This document shows, piece after piece, positions 1 to 21,500 of a stretch of 64,000 bases of DNA. Location: positions 2,283,008 to 2,347,007 of the forward strand of contig CM119266.1 in NCBI GenBank assembly GCA_051294375.1, written 5' to 3'. The translations under genes and the position numbers were made by a program. The first letter of the stretch is position 1; each line of letters starts with the position of its first letter. The notes under the pieces were generated by a model that worked only from the letters and a program-made list of their open reading frames with translations, ran no database searches and had not been told where the DNA came from. The DNA comes from Paraspadella gotoi (Eukaryota; Animalia; Chaetognatha).

Positions 1-110
1 ACCGCGCCAATGACTAGGAGGCGTCACTGAAGGCGTCGGGAAGCCCCCAAAGCCAACAGTGAAATGCCCCATCCCAATGGGCTTCACAGGCAACCTGGAC
101 TGTTGCAATA
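1..110 (+). mobile_element. 3' part of an LTR of the same TRIM-like family
   Basis: accgcgcca.tgact...aagcccccaaagccaacagtga.atgccccatcccaatggg...tgttgcaata matches 54353-54456. Confidence 0.7.
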
Positions 111-2102
111 CAATAAAGAATCTGGATTCGAGAATTTTTTTTTACCCTCAGATTTTGCGAAATTTGTGCAAATTTCTGAAAATTGACATTTTCCCGCTGC
201 GCCGATCTCGGGCGGCTGGCATTTCGGACTCCTTTCTCTCTCACTCTCTCTCTCTCTTTCTCTCTCTCTCTCACTCTCTCTCTCTTTATTCCTCGAAATC
301 GCTCAATTTTATAATCCTCCCACATCATTACACCTTTATTCCCCTTTTATATTGATTTTATTTGATTTTGCTTTAATTTTTTACAATATAAATCGCAAAT
401 GATCTTTAGGCGAGAAAGGCCCGAATATATTTCGTCCGAAGAGGTCAAGTGAACTTTAAGTTACTATAAATAGTTATCTGTGAAAACGTCGTTTGTATTT
501 TTTGGCGTGTCGCANNNNNNNNNNNNNNNNNNNNNNNNNNNNNNNNNNNNNNNNNNNNNNNNNNNNNNNNNNNNNNNNNNNNNNNNNNNNNNNNNNNNNN
601 NNNNNNNNNNNNNNNNNNNNNNNNNNNNNNNNNNNNNNNNNNNNNNNNNNNNNNNNNNNNNNNNNNNNNNNNNNNNNNNNNNNNNNNNNNNNNNNNNNNN
701 NNNNNNNNNNNNNNNNNNNNNNNNNNNNNNNNNNNNNNNNNNNNNNNNNNNNNNNNNNNCCGGAAAGAAAAGGCTTTGGCCATTTTCGTCGTTTTGACCT
801 TTCTGCCTTTTTACTTTCCTTTCTTTTCATTTTTTCTTATTCTCTTTTCTTTTTCTTTTCTTACTTATCTTTTCTTTCTCCGATTTTTCTCCTCTTCGTC
901 TTGATGATTCTTTTCTTTGCTTTTCTTACCTTTCTATTTTCTCCTTCCAATTCCAACTTTTCTTTTTTTTTNNNNNNNNNNNNNNNNNNNNNNNNNNNNN
1001 NNNNNNNNNNNNNNNNNNNNNNNNNNNNNNNNNNNNNNNNNNNNNNNNNNNNNNNNNNNNNNNNNNNNNNNNNNNNNNNNNNNNNNNNNNNNNNNNNNNN
1101 NNNNNNNNNNNNNNNNNNNNNNNNNNNNNNNNNNNNNNNNNNNNNNNNNNNNNNNNNNNNNNNNNNNNNNNNNNNNNNNNNNNNNNNNNNNNNNNNNNNN
1201 NNNNNNNNNNNNNNNNNTGCCCCGCCATCCATAAGCATTATACAATGTATAATATACATAGTACACATAGCATAATTGGCATAATAATATCTACCGCGCG
1301 ACCTGTTCCNNNNNNNNNNNNNNNNNNNNNNNNNGGCGACGAATCAGCGTCATTTTCGGCGACAGTCTATCGCTAGGCCCAACGCGCGAGTAGTTTACGA
1401 TCTTAATATTCGTCATTTGCGGCCTATAAATCATTTACGACGTAATTCGTCGCAGGAAGCGCATTATGCATTCTCGGCGCATAATCCATAGGAGAAGAGA
1501 GAGATGAGAGGGACGATGAGAGAGAGAGAGAGAGAGAGAGAGATGAAGGAGAGGAGAGAGAGAGAAGAGAGAGAGAGAAGAGAGAGAGAAGAGGAGAGAA
1601 GAGAGAGAGAGAGACCTTAATTTGTTTAAGCCGATTAAGCCGACACGCCACGAACCGAAAGCGGAGCGGTCTTGATTGCGTACTAAAAGGACCTTAGGTA
1701 TTTGGACCCCTCTTCCTGAGAGAGTGAGAAGAAGAAGAAGAGACAGAGAGAGAGAGAGGAAAGATGATGAGAAGAGAGAGAGAGAGAGAGAGAGGAGAGG
1801 AGAGAGAGGAGATGGAAGATGAGAGAGAGAGAGAAGAGATGAAATGAAACAAAAAAAAGCCGCAGGCAGATGACGTCGCTCGTTGACTTTTCCAAAAAAA
1901 GATGACGCCACGCCCATGACGCGATGGACGAGCAAAGGGGTCCACTCCACCTGAGCCCGCCTTGAGATGTCCCCCGATCGTCCACCAAACCTTCCCCACT
2001 CCCTTCACATCTCACTCTCCCTCTTTTGGTCGAGAGGGGGCGGGGGGGCGCGTCTCACCTAAATTACGTGGATGGCGCCATTTCTCGCTTCCCGTTTCAT
2101 TC

Positions 2103-2470
2103 GAAGAACAAATTCGTCGATGAGGAACAATTTGTTCTTCCTAATTTGAAGAATAAATTCGTGGATGAGGAACAATTTGTTCTTCCTAATTTGAAGAACA
2201 AATTCGTCGATGAGGAACAATTTGTTCTTCCTAATTTGTAGAATAAATTCGTGGATGAGGAACAATTTGTTCTTCCTAATTTAAAGAACAAATTCGTTAA
2301 TGAGAAACTATTTGTTCTTCCTAATTTGAAGAACAAATTCGTTGATGAGAAATAATTTGTTCTTCCTAATTTGAAGAATAAATTCGTCGATGAGGAACAA
2401 TTTGTTCTTCCTAATTTGAAGAACAAATTCGTCGATGAAAAACAATTTGTTCTTCCTAATTGTTCTTCCA
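2103..2470. repeat. 45-bp minisatellite, about 8 units, each containing a 12-bp inverted repeat
   Basis: Unit gaagaacaaattcgtcgatgaggaacaatttgttcttcctaattt. Confidence 0.95.
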
Positions 2471-2667
2471 ACAAATCGCGTTCACTACTTTCAGCTTTAT
2501 ATTCTTAGTCTGACTCTATCACTCTATCACATTTATCACTCTCTCACTATATCACATTAATCACCGTCTCCATCTCTATCACCTCTCTCACAAGTCGACA
2601 CCTTTTCTCTTTGATTCTGCGGCGGAAACGAATAAACGTAAATCGTGAAAGGTCAACCGACTGAGGC

Positions 2668-2868
2668 GGTCGTCGTCCTCGTCGTCATTGTCGTCGTCGT
2701 CATCATCACCATCGTCGTCGTCGTCGTCGTCGTCGTCATAATCGTCGTCGTCGCCGTCGTCATTCTCATAATCATCGTCCGAGTAGTCGTCGTAATAGTC
2801 ATCATCGACTGCATCACAGTCGTCGTCATCTTTGTCATTTTCGTCGTTCACCGAAATAGTCATTGTCG

Positions 2869-2900
<32 letters not shown>

Positions 2901-2903
2901 GTT
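2668..2903. repeat. Imperfect (TCG/TCA)n trinucleotide tract
   Basis: Produces poly-D, poly-V and poly-T ORFs in several frames; no splice support. Confidence 0.85.
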
Positions 2904-3407
2904 GACGGGTGCCGCCATCGCGCTCCTCGTTACCATCGGCGTCATTGCATAAAGACGATTGCATTGACGCCGACGCCGACGTCGTTACGATGGCGTAATT
3001 GGCGACGTCAAATCGGCGTTATTTATCGGCGTTTGGCTCAACGGAGTTTAGGGGGCCAGTGACCACGAAGCTGCCCTTTAATTCACAATCGTGTTACATC
3101 AAATATCGAATAATAATAAAAGAGGTTATTTGAGATTTTTTCCAAGAACTTAAAATAATATTTTTGTACACGTTGTGTGGTTACGATTTGTCTCACTCTC
3201 TGTTTCCCTCCCTCTCTCCCTCTCTCTCGCTGTCTCTGTCTCTCGCTCGCTAAATTTCTGACGCCAAACAAAAGAAAGTACGCCTATTATTTATATTATA
3301 TTTATATTATCTCTCTTCTCTTTCTTTTTTTAATCCATCCTCTTTCCTCCTCACCCACGGGGCCAGCCTTCCGCCCTACCTTTCTGCCCCCCTACCCCAG
3401 AGAGAAG

Positions 3408-3484
<77 letters not shown>

Positions 3485-4793
3485 GCCCTCGTTAATTCTT
3501 TCGTCCACTTCCGTCCACGTTAGACGGCCGCAATGGACGATGACCTCGCGGACTGTTCAGGGGGAGATGGGTAGGGCAGAAGATGGGTAGGGCAGAAGAT
3601 GGGTGGGGCAGAAGATGGTAAGTTAAAAATGCGGATGAGAAGGGACACTTAATGAAAGGAAAGCGAATGAAGGGGCGAAAGGCGAGAATGAGAGGAAGAA
3701 ACTCAAAAGCGACATTTTTCTGTTGATAAAACCCAAAACCCATGAGCCTTAATCTATAACTCTACTAATACCTAACCACAATATCTAACCCCAACCCTTG
3801 ACAGGGATCTTTAACCCTAACCCCTAACCCGATTCTCTAACCTAATCCATAACCGAATCCATAACTTCATCCTTTACCTAATATCTAACACTCACTTTAA
3901 AACTTAAACTTAAAAACTAACTTAATTCCAAATTTTAAGATGAAACGGGGCGTTTTGAATAAATAAGGCCGAGTTTCGACTCTCCTGGGGTAAAGGTAAG
4001 GTCTTGGGGTCAGGCGGAGTTCAGAGGTCATCGTGTGTGACCGAGCGAAAATTACGACTGAAGGGAGAAGAGAAAGGGGAGAGGAGAGGAAGAGGGGGAG
4101 GAAGGAGGGAGAAGCGGAGGAGATGACAATGATGAAGTAAGAGAATAATTTGGAAGGAGAAAGACAGAATTAAATCGAAGTTGGAAGAGGAAACGGAATG
4201 TTGTTGTTGTTGTTGTTAATGTTGTTATTAATGATAATATTGTTGTTGTTTTTATTTTTGGTATTGTTGTTATGCTTGTTATTATTGTTGTTACTGTTAT
4301 TTTTGTTGTTCCTGTTATCATTAATCATAATGTTGTTGTTGTTCCGGTTTCAATCATGAATTTCGAAGCTATTAAAAGGGGTCAAATATCAAATTCACAC
4401 TTTTTCTATCTCACTGTAATTGTTTGTTTTTTTACGATTGTCACCAGTTTTCATTTTAATCATTCTAAAGAGTCGAGCGAAGATTTATTCAGACAAGATT
4501 TACATTTACTTCGGCTCACAACGCAACTCCCTCTCCCCAAACAGAAGCCTCTCGGGTCAAACAGACTTACAATTTATACTAGCGTCCTTTTCACTTTTTA
4601 CCAATGATCCCAAAAGTTGCATTTGGTCCCGAATCCCAACCTTTCTTCCTTCTCACCCCATTTCATCCCTCAACTTGACAGACTTACTCCAACCTCACCA
4701 GTCCCCCCCCCCTTCGCCCCCCCTGAGGTTACCCGAGGAAATTGGGAAGAAACCCTCGCCAACTTGAGAGGGCCAACGCGTCGCCTGGTCATA

Positions 4794-4896
<103 letters not shown>

Positions 4897-4992
4897 ATTT
4901 CGCCCTCACGTACATAGCCAGTTGGCCTTTATTTTACCCACATAAAGTAGTCCATTGGTGAGGAAATATGACCACTCGAGAGAGAGAGACGA

Positions 4993-5033
<41 letters not shown>

Positions 5034-5041
5034 GGAGAGAG

Positions 5042-5085
<44 letters not shown>

Positions 5086-5838
5086 CAGAGCAAGGCGACA
5101 AAGATCGACTCCGGTGCCCGAAAACTTATCCTATTTTGTTTGAAATTTATCACCACAAAATTTAGGGTTTAGAATCCGATGATTCTGCAAGTTGAAGGTT
5201 GTAATATATGAGAAGGAAGTTCCTTTGGACAAAGAAAAATTGAATTCCTGTTCCCAACTACAAAGTTATATTTTTATAAATACATTTCGTAATTTTACAC
5301 TAATTCATATATCAAATGCGTCCGTTACGCACCAAGTGTTTTGTCTATTAAACCGTTTGAAATCTCGTCGTGAAAATTACAAACAAGTAGAACGTAGAAA
5401 GATGAAACCTGGAGAAAAACAATGTGATAAACTCCTGGAAATGTGACGTAATAACTGGAGCAGAATTCATAGCTCCGCCGTCTCGTCGTAGGAGTAATAA
5501 ACGTTGTCATCGAGAAAGATTAATACCGCCGCTCCAGCATGGAATCAGGCAGTGGGGTTTTTATTTGGAGAAGGGAAGTGGAGCAAGGAGGAGAAGAGGA
5601 GAGAAGGGAGGAAATAGGAAAGAGAAGGGAGGAAATAGGAAAGAGGAAGGGGTGGAAATGGAAAAGATAGATTATACTCAAAAGAAAAAAAATAAACGAG
5701 AGAGAAAGACAAAAAGCGAGACAAAAAGACAGACAAACAAACAAAAAAACAAACACAGATATAGACAGACAGACATTCTTCTCTATTTCTTTTTAACTCT
5801 CATTCTTTGACAAAAAAAATATGACGTCTCTCTTTCTA

Positions 5839-5869
<31 letters not shown>

Positions 5870-6722
5870 TCCCTGTCTCTTCAGAAACCTAATATTTCTT
5901 CTTTACTTTTTTCTATCCTTTTCTTTCTTCCTCTTCTATCTTTTCACCCTTTCTTCCCCCAGGATTCGAAAAATATGCAAAATGCCTTTTTTTCTTCTTC
6001 CTCCTCCTCCTCTTCTTCCTCCTCCTCTTCCTCCTCCTCCTCTTCCCCTATTTTCCCCTCCTCTTCCTCCTTTCTCTCTCTTCTCCTTTTTTCTCATCTG
6101 AATTTCAAAATTACGACTCGACTTAGCGGCTTTAATGACAATTACTCTCTGATCCGCTTTCCTCAGTTCATTGTCATAATCGAGCTTTTTGTCATCGTTA
6201 ACATATTAATAATGCTGATAACAATAACTCTCATATCCTTTTACATATTTTATTAAGGTCACGTCGTCTTTGTCATCGTTTTCATAGTTGATCTACCATG
6301 ATAGTTTCTGTAAAATCTCCTTTTTTTTAATTTTCCTTATTTTCACTTTTTTTGACGTTTATTGCAAATATCACCTTCTAAATTGTTGCATCGAAATTAG
6401 CTTTTCTACGGGTAAATATGAATATTGAATAATCAACAAGTTATTAAACCTTTTTATTACATAACATGACAGGACTACATAAACAAAAGATAAGGCGCCA
6501 GACGCTCGAGTTAAAAACGCAACCAAGTTCCCAACCAAGCTGCCAAGCATCAAAAAAAACAAAAAAGTCTTAAAGCTTGATTAACAAACAAACAAGCAGA
6601 GATATATATTCTGTTCGCGTTTTAAAAAATTCCCCCAACGCAGAATCTAAATATTCATTTCTATTAGAAAAGTTAAAACTAGTAAATCGTATGTTAGTTT
6701 AATTTTGTATTTCGTTCTTTTC

Positions 6723-14156
<7,434 letters not shown>

Positions 14157-14823
14157 TTTGTTTATATTTATTAAATTGTATTTATTTATTTTTTATTTTG
14201 TTTTTTAAATATTATTGTTAATCAAGGTAGCGAGCGAACGTCGGCGGGTTAATTGTACCGTTACTTTCGCCCGGTAAGATTTTCTTCGCTTTCACCTCAA
14301 CGGTTGGGATCCGTATTTCTCCCTCTAACCTTTTTTTTTGGAGAATTTACTCTTTGGCAATTTTCCTCGATCTAGCGCCTTTCTCATTCTATTCGCTTGG
14401 GGCTATCGTACTATTTATTTATTCAAATTATTTTACACGTAACCTTTCACTAAAACTTAGCTTTTTTTCTAAATGACATATTTGATAATCTTGTAAACGA
14501 CCTGATAATGATATATGTAATAAATAAATATAAATTTATAAATAAATTAATAATTAAATATATGTGTAAAAAATCATATATTCGGGTTATAACCGTTATA
14601 CGTGACCTTCACAATCGCAGGGATGAGGATTTTAAAACCCGTTAGCGATTTTTTTTAAACCGACGCTAATTAAATTTGGCGAAAAAAATTGGAGGTCGGA
14701 GCTTCGACTATTTTTTAATAATTATATCTTTTTATTTTTTTTTCTGTTTTTCTTTTTTTCTCTTTTAATGTAAATTTTTTGAGAGACTCCATCATCCAAC
14801 GCTGCGGGATTCGATCTAAAGAG

Positions 14824-14839
14824 ATCATCATCATCATCA

Positions 14840-14925
<86 letters not shown>
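14824..14925. repeat. (ATC)n(ATT)n microsatellite
   Basis: Read directly from the sequence. Confidence 0.95.
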
Positions 14926-14928
<3 letters not shown>

Positions 14929-15548
14929 AAATACATTGTGACGGCTTGTGACTCCCAAGTGGTAGTAATTTAGTAATTTAGTAATTCACCTAAACATGTT
15001 CTTAAATTTATAACTCTATGCCTAATCCTAATCACTAACATGATCCCGAAATTTAATCACTAGCCTTATCCCTAACATAATCCCTGACCTAATCCCTGTT
15101 CTAATCTGCGACCTAATCCCTGACCTAATCCCTGACTCTAACTTAACTTAAAATATTAACCTAATTGCGAATTTGAGGTTGAAAAAAGTTTTATGGTCGG
15201 TCTGTCACTCTGTACCATATTGTTTTGAGTTGTTTTTTTACTTGTACCGAAAAAATGAAATCTGAATATATCTCGTTTTCGTTTTGCTAAAAATAATTAT
15301 TAAACAAAAATATTTTTTTTATTTATTTCATAAAGGATATTTTTCATTATAATGATGGATGAAAAAAAAATTGAAATTTGGATTGTCTGTTCACAAGATT
15401 TTTGCCTAATCATTGTTCTTTATTGCTTTTAGGATCAAGAGGAAAAAAAGGTCAAAGTATGTACAATTTATGTACAAATGAATAAACGTTAATAAACGAC
15501 AATTAACAAAAATCCGGTCACTACAGATTTTTAAAAGACAGAAACGAA

Positions 15549-18500
15549 TCAGGCATCCGACTCTTCCTTCGACGACCAACGACCTTTGGTTTCGACGCCA
15601 CCTTTTCTGCCGCTTCCAATGCCACAACCGATGCCATCACTGACGCCACTTCCCTCTCCGCCATCCCTCCTAAACCCGGCGTTGTCGATTCCATCCTCAC
15701 GCCGAGATTCCTTTTCCCGGATTGGCTTTTGGCGCGCACCCACTTCCTGGCTCGGCGCCTCCAAGTCTCCGCGCCGCTCTTCCCTGCGTTCTTTGTCGTC
15801 TTGGCCTCGCAAATGGCTCGATGCGTCGTCACGGCGCCGAAAGTAGCTAGATCTTTCCTCTTGGCGTCGCAAGTCGCTTGTCCCTACTTCTTGGCGCCGC
15901 AGTCGTTTTTGAGGCCGGTCATCTGCTTGGGGAGTTTTGTCGATGTCTCTGGGATGCTCTTTCATTGTGACCGAAGTGACCGACTCCGACAGATCGACCG
16001 ACGAAGCGTCCGATGGCTTTGCATCCTTTTCTTTCATTTTTTCCTCTTTTGATTTACTTTTATTTCTTTCTAACTTTCTGTTGTGTTTTTGAATGATTCT
16101 CTCTTCTTTTCCAATAATTGTCTCCCTATTTATTTTCTCAACGGTTTCATGTTGATCCCCTATTGTTTCATCGTTATAGTTTAATTTTACTATTTGTTTT
16201 TCAATTTCTCCGACATTTTGTTTTTCCCTTTCTTCTTGCTTCTCTCGGTTTCTATTACGTTTTAAATTGTTATTTTCTTTTTCTCGGTCCTCATTTTCTT
16301 CTTCAACGTTTTCTTTCTGATTTAAGACGCTTTTATCGAGTTTCATTTTCACTTCATCTCGTTGTTCATTGTTTTCATCGTCCTTCATCGTATTTTCATT
16401 TTGCGTCTTCAACTTATTCGCGTCAAGTACGATTTCTTCCTCGCGTCTCCGGAGAAGACGAGATTTCGTCCTGGAGATGAAAGACTCGACGAGCGGTTTC
16501 GCCGCAGACGATTCCGGCTTTACGAGATCGGGTTTAACGAAATCGCGTTTAACGGACAAAGTAGAAGACGACGACGACGACTGTTTGACTTCGCTATCGA
16601 TCACGTCTGATAAAATCTCCCCCGCTTCCTCCGACGCTCGTTTCGACTAAGAAAAAAAACATTAAATTTAAGATAGTTTTGTCTTATTTTTTCAAAAATA
16701 CTATCGACATCCTGGGGATACATTTTGCCCTATAATATCTCCACCCGGCTAATTATATCATCGCAACCACGATTGGGATAAGTGCGAGCATTCTCCCTCC
16801 CTTGCTCTGGGCCCTGGATTCGTACCCCAGTGGTGTCCCAGCTAGACTCAATTTCAATTATTTTATTGTTTCTCGTATGAATTTTGACGATCCTTTCTAA
16901 TACTAAGATAATGTCACTTCATTTTTTCCCCATTTTTCCATCACCTCTCTCGCTTGGCGCAATTTCCTGAGAACAATGAACTCGACGATCGTGGGGACGG
17001 AACAGAGGAAAGCGATGGTGAAGTAGAGGCGAGACATGCAGAAGCCCATCCAGCCCTGGAGAGGGGATTCTTTGATCGAGTGATTTGATTGATCGATTGA
17101 TTGGATTGATTGGAATATCAATATGCGTTTTGATCGATTGTTAATGATTTCATTGTTTCATTGATTTTTATTTTAAGGATGTTTGCGATAAACTGATTAA
17201 TTTTATTGACCGATCGATTCTAATTGTTTATTTATTTTGTTTTTAAATTTATTACTTGACCTGAAAATTATCTATCGAAAAGACTTGTAGGGTGACGAGA
17301 CCGAAAGGCCAAACGAAGAAGGTGACGACAAAGAAAAGAGGACCGAGGATGTAGGCCATCCAGTAGTGCAGGCGGAGATTTGATCTGAATTTATGGAGAA
17401 AAATGTCAATGTACCATGATGGGGAAAATAAATGTCGGGTTTACTTGCTAGCTATTTTTTCGGCATTTTAATGTAAGAATCAAAATATACAATTATATAT
17501 ATATCGAGAAACGTTGGCCTCTTGCAAGGCACAGTCAGCGCACTTCAGAGACCTGCAGTGACCACCCCATGTCACTGGCGTGTTTATGCCGACACCATGA
17601 CACTTTAACCAGCGTGACCGTGAGGGGATTGAACCCGGAACTCACGGTGGGTGAACGAGTACTTAGCTGTCCAAGCCAATGGGACGAGCAGAGTTTCACT
17701 AAGATATACGGGAGGCGAATTTAGGATTCGCCACAAACTCATGAGACGGACAGACAGACTGACGTGATTTCCTTGAGCGTCGGCAGCCGAGTCGAGGACG
17801 GATCGAAGGTGAAGCGTCTCAACTTCTCGTAGAACCGGAAGTGACGGATCCAAGGACGAGAGGCGTTGTCGATAGCGCGCGTTTCTATCCAGGGATCGTT
17901 GAATATGGCGTCGTCGTTGGCGTTGTTGGCATCGGCGGTGGCGTTGTTATTTACGATGTTGGCGTCAGTGGCGTGGTCGTCTTTGTTCAGGTTTTTGTCG
18001 TCACCATCGAGGTTCTTTTTGCCGTGGCCGTCAGCGTCGTTGTTGTTGTTGTTGGCGTCTTCGTCGACGATCGAATCGTCGTCGGACGAACGTCGACGAC
18101 GACGACGAACTCGCGCCAAGATGGCGGCGATGACGGCGGAGGTGACCAGCGAAGCCGTTAATGCCTGGGGAGTGAGAAGAGGAAGGAAGGAAATCAAATA
18201 AAATGAAACGAAACAAAAGGGAATCGAATAAATTTGAATTAAACGGAATAAGAACGATCACAATGGAATTGCAGAGAATGAAAGGAAAAAGAAAGAAAAA
18301 AAGCATCACCTTGACGACGACGGCGTTGTGGACGCACTTCTCCCCGAAATCCCCGACGCCTCCGTCTTCGGCGACGATGCTGACGAACCAGACGACGACG
18401 CCGACGAAGAATCCGGCGCCGATGCCGCCCAACGCGCCGACGCCGTCCAAAGACGGCGAGTAAAAAGTCAGCGCCGTCGGCGGAACCATCGACGCCGCCG

Positions 18501-21500
18501 TCAACGCCCACAGGGTCCAGAGGACGCCGCGGGCTTGTGAAGACGCCGCTTGCGTGGCAGCGGCACCCAATGACGCCGCCAGCGCCGCGGCCAGGACGAG
18601 GGCGCGCCGTAAGAGGAGAAGGCGTCGGTGGAGGGAATGGGAGGAGATGGAAGGCGACGCCGGAACAAGAATGCCGCGTTGAACGGCGCCGCGAGTCAAG
18701 ACGCAGGAAGCGACGTGGAACTCGACGCCGGAAGACGAGGATTCGAAGTGAGAGACGAAAACATCATAGAAGAGGATCTGGAGGAGGAGGAGGAAGGGGA
18801 AAGGAGTGGGCGTGGCTCAATCAATAGAGTCGGTGTTCTGTCTATCTGTCTGTCTGTCTTTGTCTCTGTCTGAATGACATTTTGTGTGTTGGTCTTACTG
18901 TTTACCCTTTGTCCGTCTATCTGCATTCTTGTCTGTGTGTCTGCCTCACTTTGTTGGTCTCAGTCGTCCGTCATTCTCTGTTTTGGTCTGTCTGTTTCTA
19001 TCTCTCTNNNNNNNNNNNAGATCCGACATTGTTTGCTCAAACTTGTTTAAATATCAGTCAAAAGCAAATTACGTGTCTGTCAATTCAATAAATACTCCCT
19101 TCTCTCCTCTCCAGCCTCTCACCGACGTGGCGGCGAGCAACTCCGACGCAACCGTCGTGTAACTCGACGCCAACGTTAACGCCATCATAGCGGCGTCGCC
19201 CCACCAGCCCGCCAGCCGCTGCGCCACGGCGTGGACGGCAGCGCCGGAGCCCAAGGCCGACGACGCCGCCAGCATCGGGGCGCCGTCGACGACGCTGAGG
19301 GCGTAATAGGCGAAGGAGGTCACGGTGGCTTTGAGGTGGGGGAATTTGTGGGGGAGTGGTGGAAAGGGTTCGGGGCGTTGGGGCGTTGGGGCGTTGGGCG
19401 TGGGCGTTGGGGCGTTGGGGGGTTGGGGCGTTGGGCGTTGGGGGCGTTGGGGCGATTGGGGGTGGGCGTTGGGCGGCGTTGGGGGGAAAGACAGACGTTT
19501 CAAGTTAATTTAGGTTCAAAATACATTTGGTTATGTTCTGTTATTTTCTGTAGTAATCATTATTGTGTCATTCTGTTGTTCTGTTCTTTCCTATTTATTC
19601 TGTTCAGTTCTGTTCTGTTCTTTCTTCTTTATTCTGTTCAGTTCTGTTCTGTTCTTTCTTCTGTTCAGTTCTGTTCAGTTCTGTTCTGTTGTAATGTTTT
19701 CTGTGGTTTCGCGTTCTGTTTTCTCGCGTTGTTTCCTCTTTTATTGTGTCTCGTGTTATTCTAAAATTGTTCGTCTGTGAGAATGACCGACTGTGAGGAC
19801 GGAGGCGAAGCCCAACATGTAAGTGATCATGTGAACGTGAATATCGAGTCCAGGACGGACGGCGATTGAGGACTGGACGGAGATTCAAGAAATATAGGAA
19901 TGAGGCATTTTAATAATAAATTAAGTTATATTACAATTATAAAATTAGATACTGATACAAAAATTATGACCTGCCAAGTGGATTGACTCATGACGATGTA
20001 AACCAATGAAATGAGGGTGTGAGAAGCGCCGAACGCAAGGCCCTTGGACGAAAAAGGCAACTTGTCATTCTCTCTCTCTCTGATTTTGCACATTTACACC
20101 TTGATTTTATTAAGAATTTTTTTGTTATTTCTTTTAAAATTGTGAGTAAAAAACATTATATGTACACTTGTAAATCCCATTAAAAACTTACATCATTATT
20201 GTTGTAATTTCAACATTTTGAGCATAAATCAGATCAATCAATCAAAATCTCTTTTTCTCTTCTCTCTTTCTCTCTCCCTCTCACCCTCTCTCTCTCTCTT
20301 TTTCTCCCTCTCTCTGAATCTCACTTCCGGTCCCGCGTGAAAAGTGAGCAGTGTCCTGTTGAGATTGGACTCCGGTCCTCCGGCGCATCTCACGAGCGAC
20401 ATCATGTGTCGAACCGGATCTGCGCCTAAAGGATGAACGTCCCGTCTCACTCCCTGAAATACCGGATGTAGGCGGAACCGGAAATGAGGACCGGAAGGGG
20501 GGAACCGGAAGTTACGAGAACCGGAAGCGATCGTGGCCGAACACGGGAAGGACATGATAATAAAATTGAACTATTAATCAGCATCAATACTACAATAGTA
20601 TCAAATAGTATCAATAGTATCAAATTCTAGTTATTTCAATGATAAATTTCTACTAAGTGTATGACAGGTGTGAAGTGACATTCACAGCCTCATGAGTTCA
20701 CGGCGGGTTCACCTTCGTGATGTCCAACAAAATCAGCGTCAAAATGACTGAGACGACGATGGCGATGATCCAAGAACCGTAGATTGTGCCTGAGAGAGAG
20801 AGAGAGAGAGTGAGAGAGATTAAACAAAAAATTAAAATCATTAGCATCCACGAAGCTACTATAATCTAATTTGCATATTACCGTAAACAAGTTCGGACAA
20901 AAAAAAACCACGATTCACAATTTTTAATTTTTTATAAACTTAGAAAATAGTTATTAAATTAAATGATTTATTCGCGATGACCTAATACTCAGTCATTCAA
21001 CCATTTATAAAAAAGATTTAGTTAAAAGATTTAAGAATAAATTGAGAGCGTTAGAGACGAGACGATGAGAAACAAAATAATTATTATTAGATGCATTGAA
21101 AAGGTGTTATTACGGCCGACGGGGGAGAAGCCCGGCAAATAGATTCGCTTTTACTTTTCTTTAGGTTTTATTTGCGAGGTCGACTCGTTCGATCGATGGG
21201 GAAGAATGTTTATTTAATTATTTACAGTATTATTTATTATAGACCAATAGAAGAAAAAAGCCTTCCGAAAGAGAATTAAACGAACTGAAATGATCAAAGA
21301 CTAATGTTAGTTACGACTAACCAAGAAATTTTGAATATAAAAAGCTAATAACAAATTATCTCAATAAATTTAGAACAAACAATAAAGAATAAATTTGTCA
21401 ATCTAAAAGTTAATTATATCAATTAGTAACCTCTGTGTCCCACTTTTGCTTTATATTATGTCACGAAAAAAACTAACAAGGTGCTAACACAGGTGCTAAA

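Noticed and set aside
445-1275. ORFs spanning N-gaps
   Set aside because: Artefacts of undetermined bases.
2103-2470. CRISPR array (palindromic repeats)
   Set aside because: No unique spacers, no cas genes, eukaryotic context.
2588-2905. Asp-rich acidic protein ORF
   Set aside because: Trinucleotide microsatellite, open in multiple frames, no gene structure.
14280-14420. Heat-shock elements or TATA box upstream of HSP70
   Set aside because: No clear array of three alternating nGAAn units was found.
16760-16850. tRNA gene
   Set aside because: Only a weak B-box-like motif; no cloverleaf could be built.
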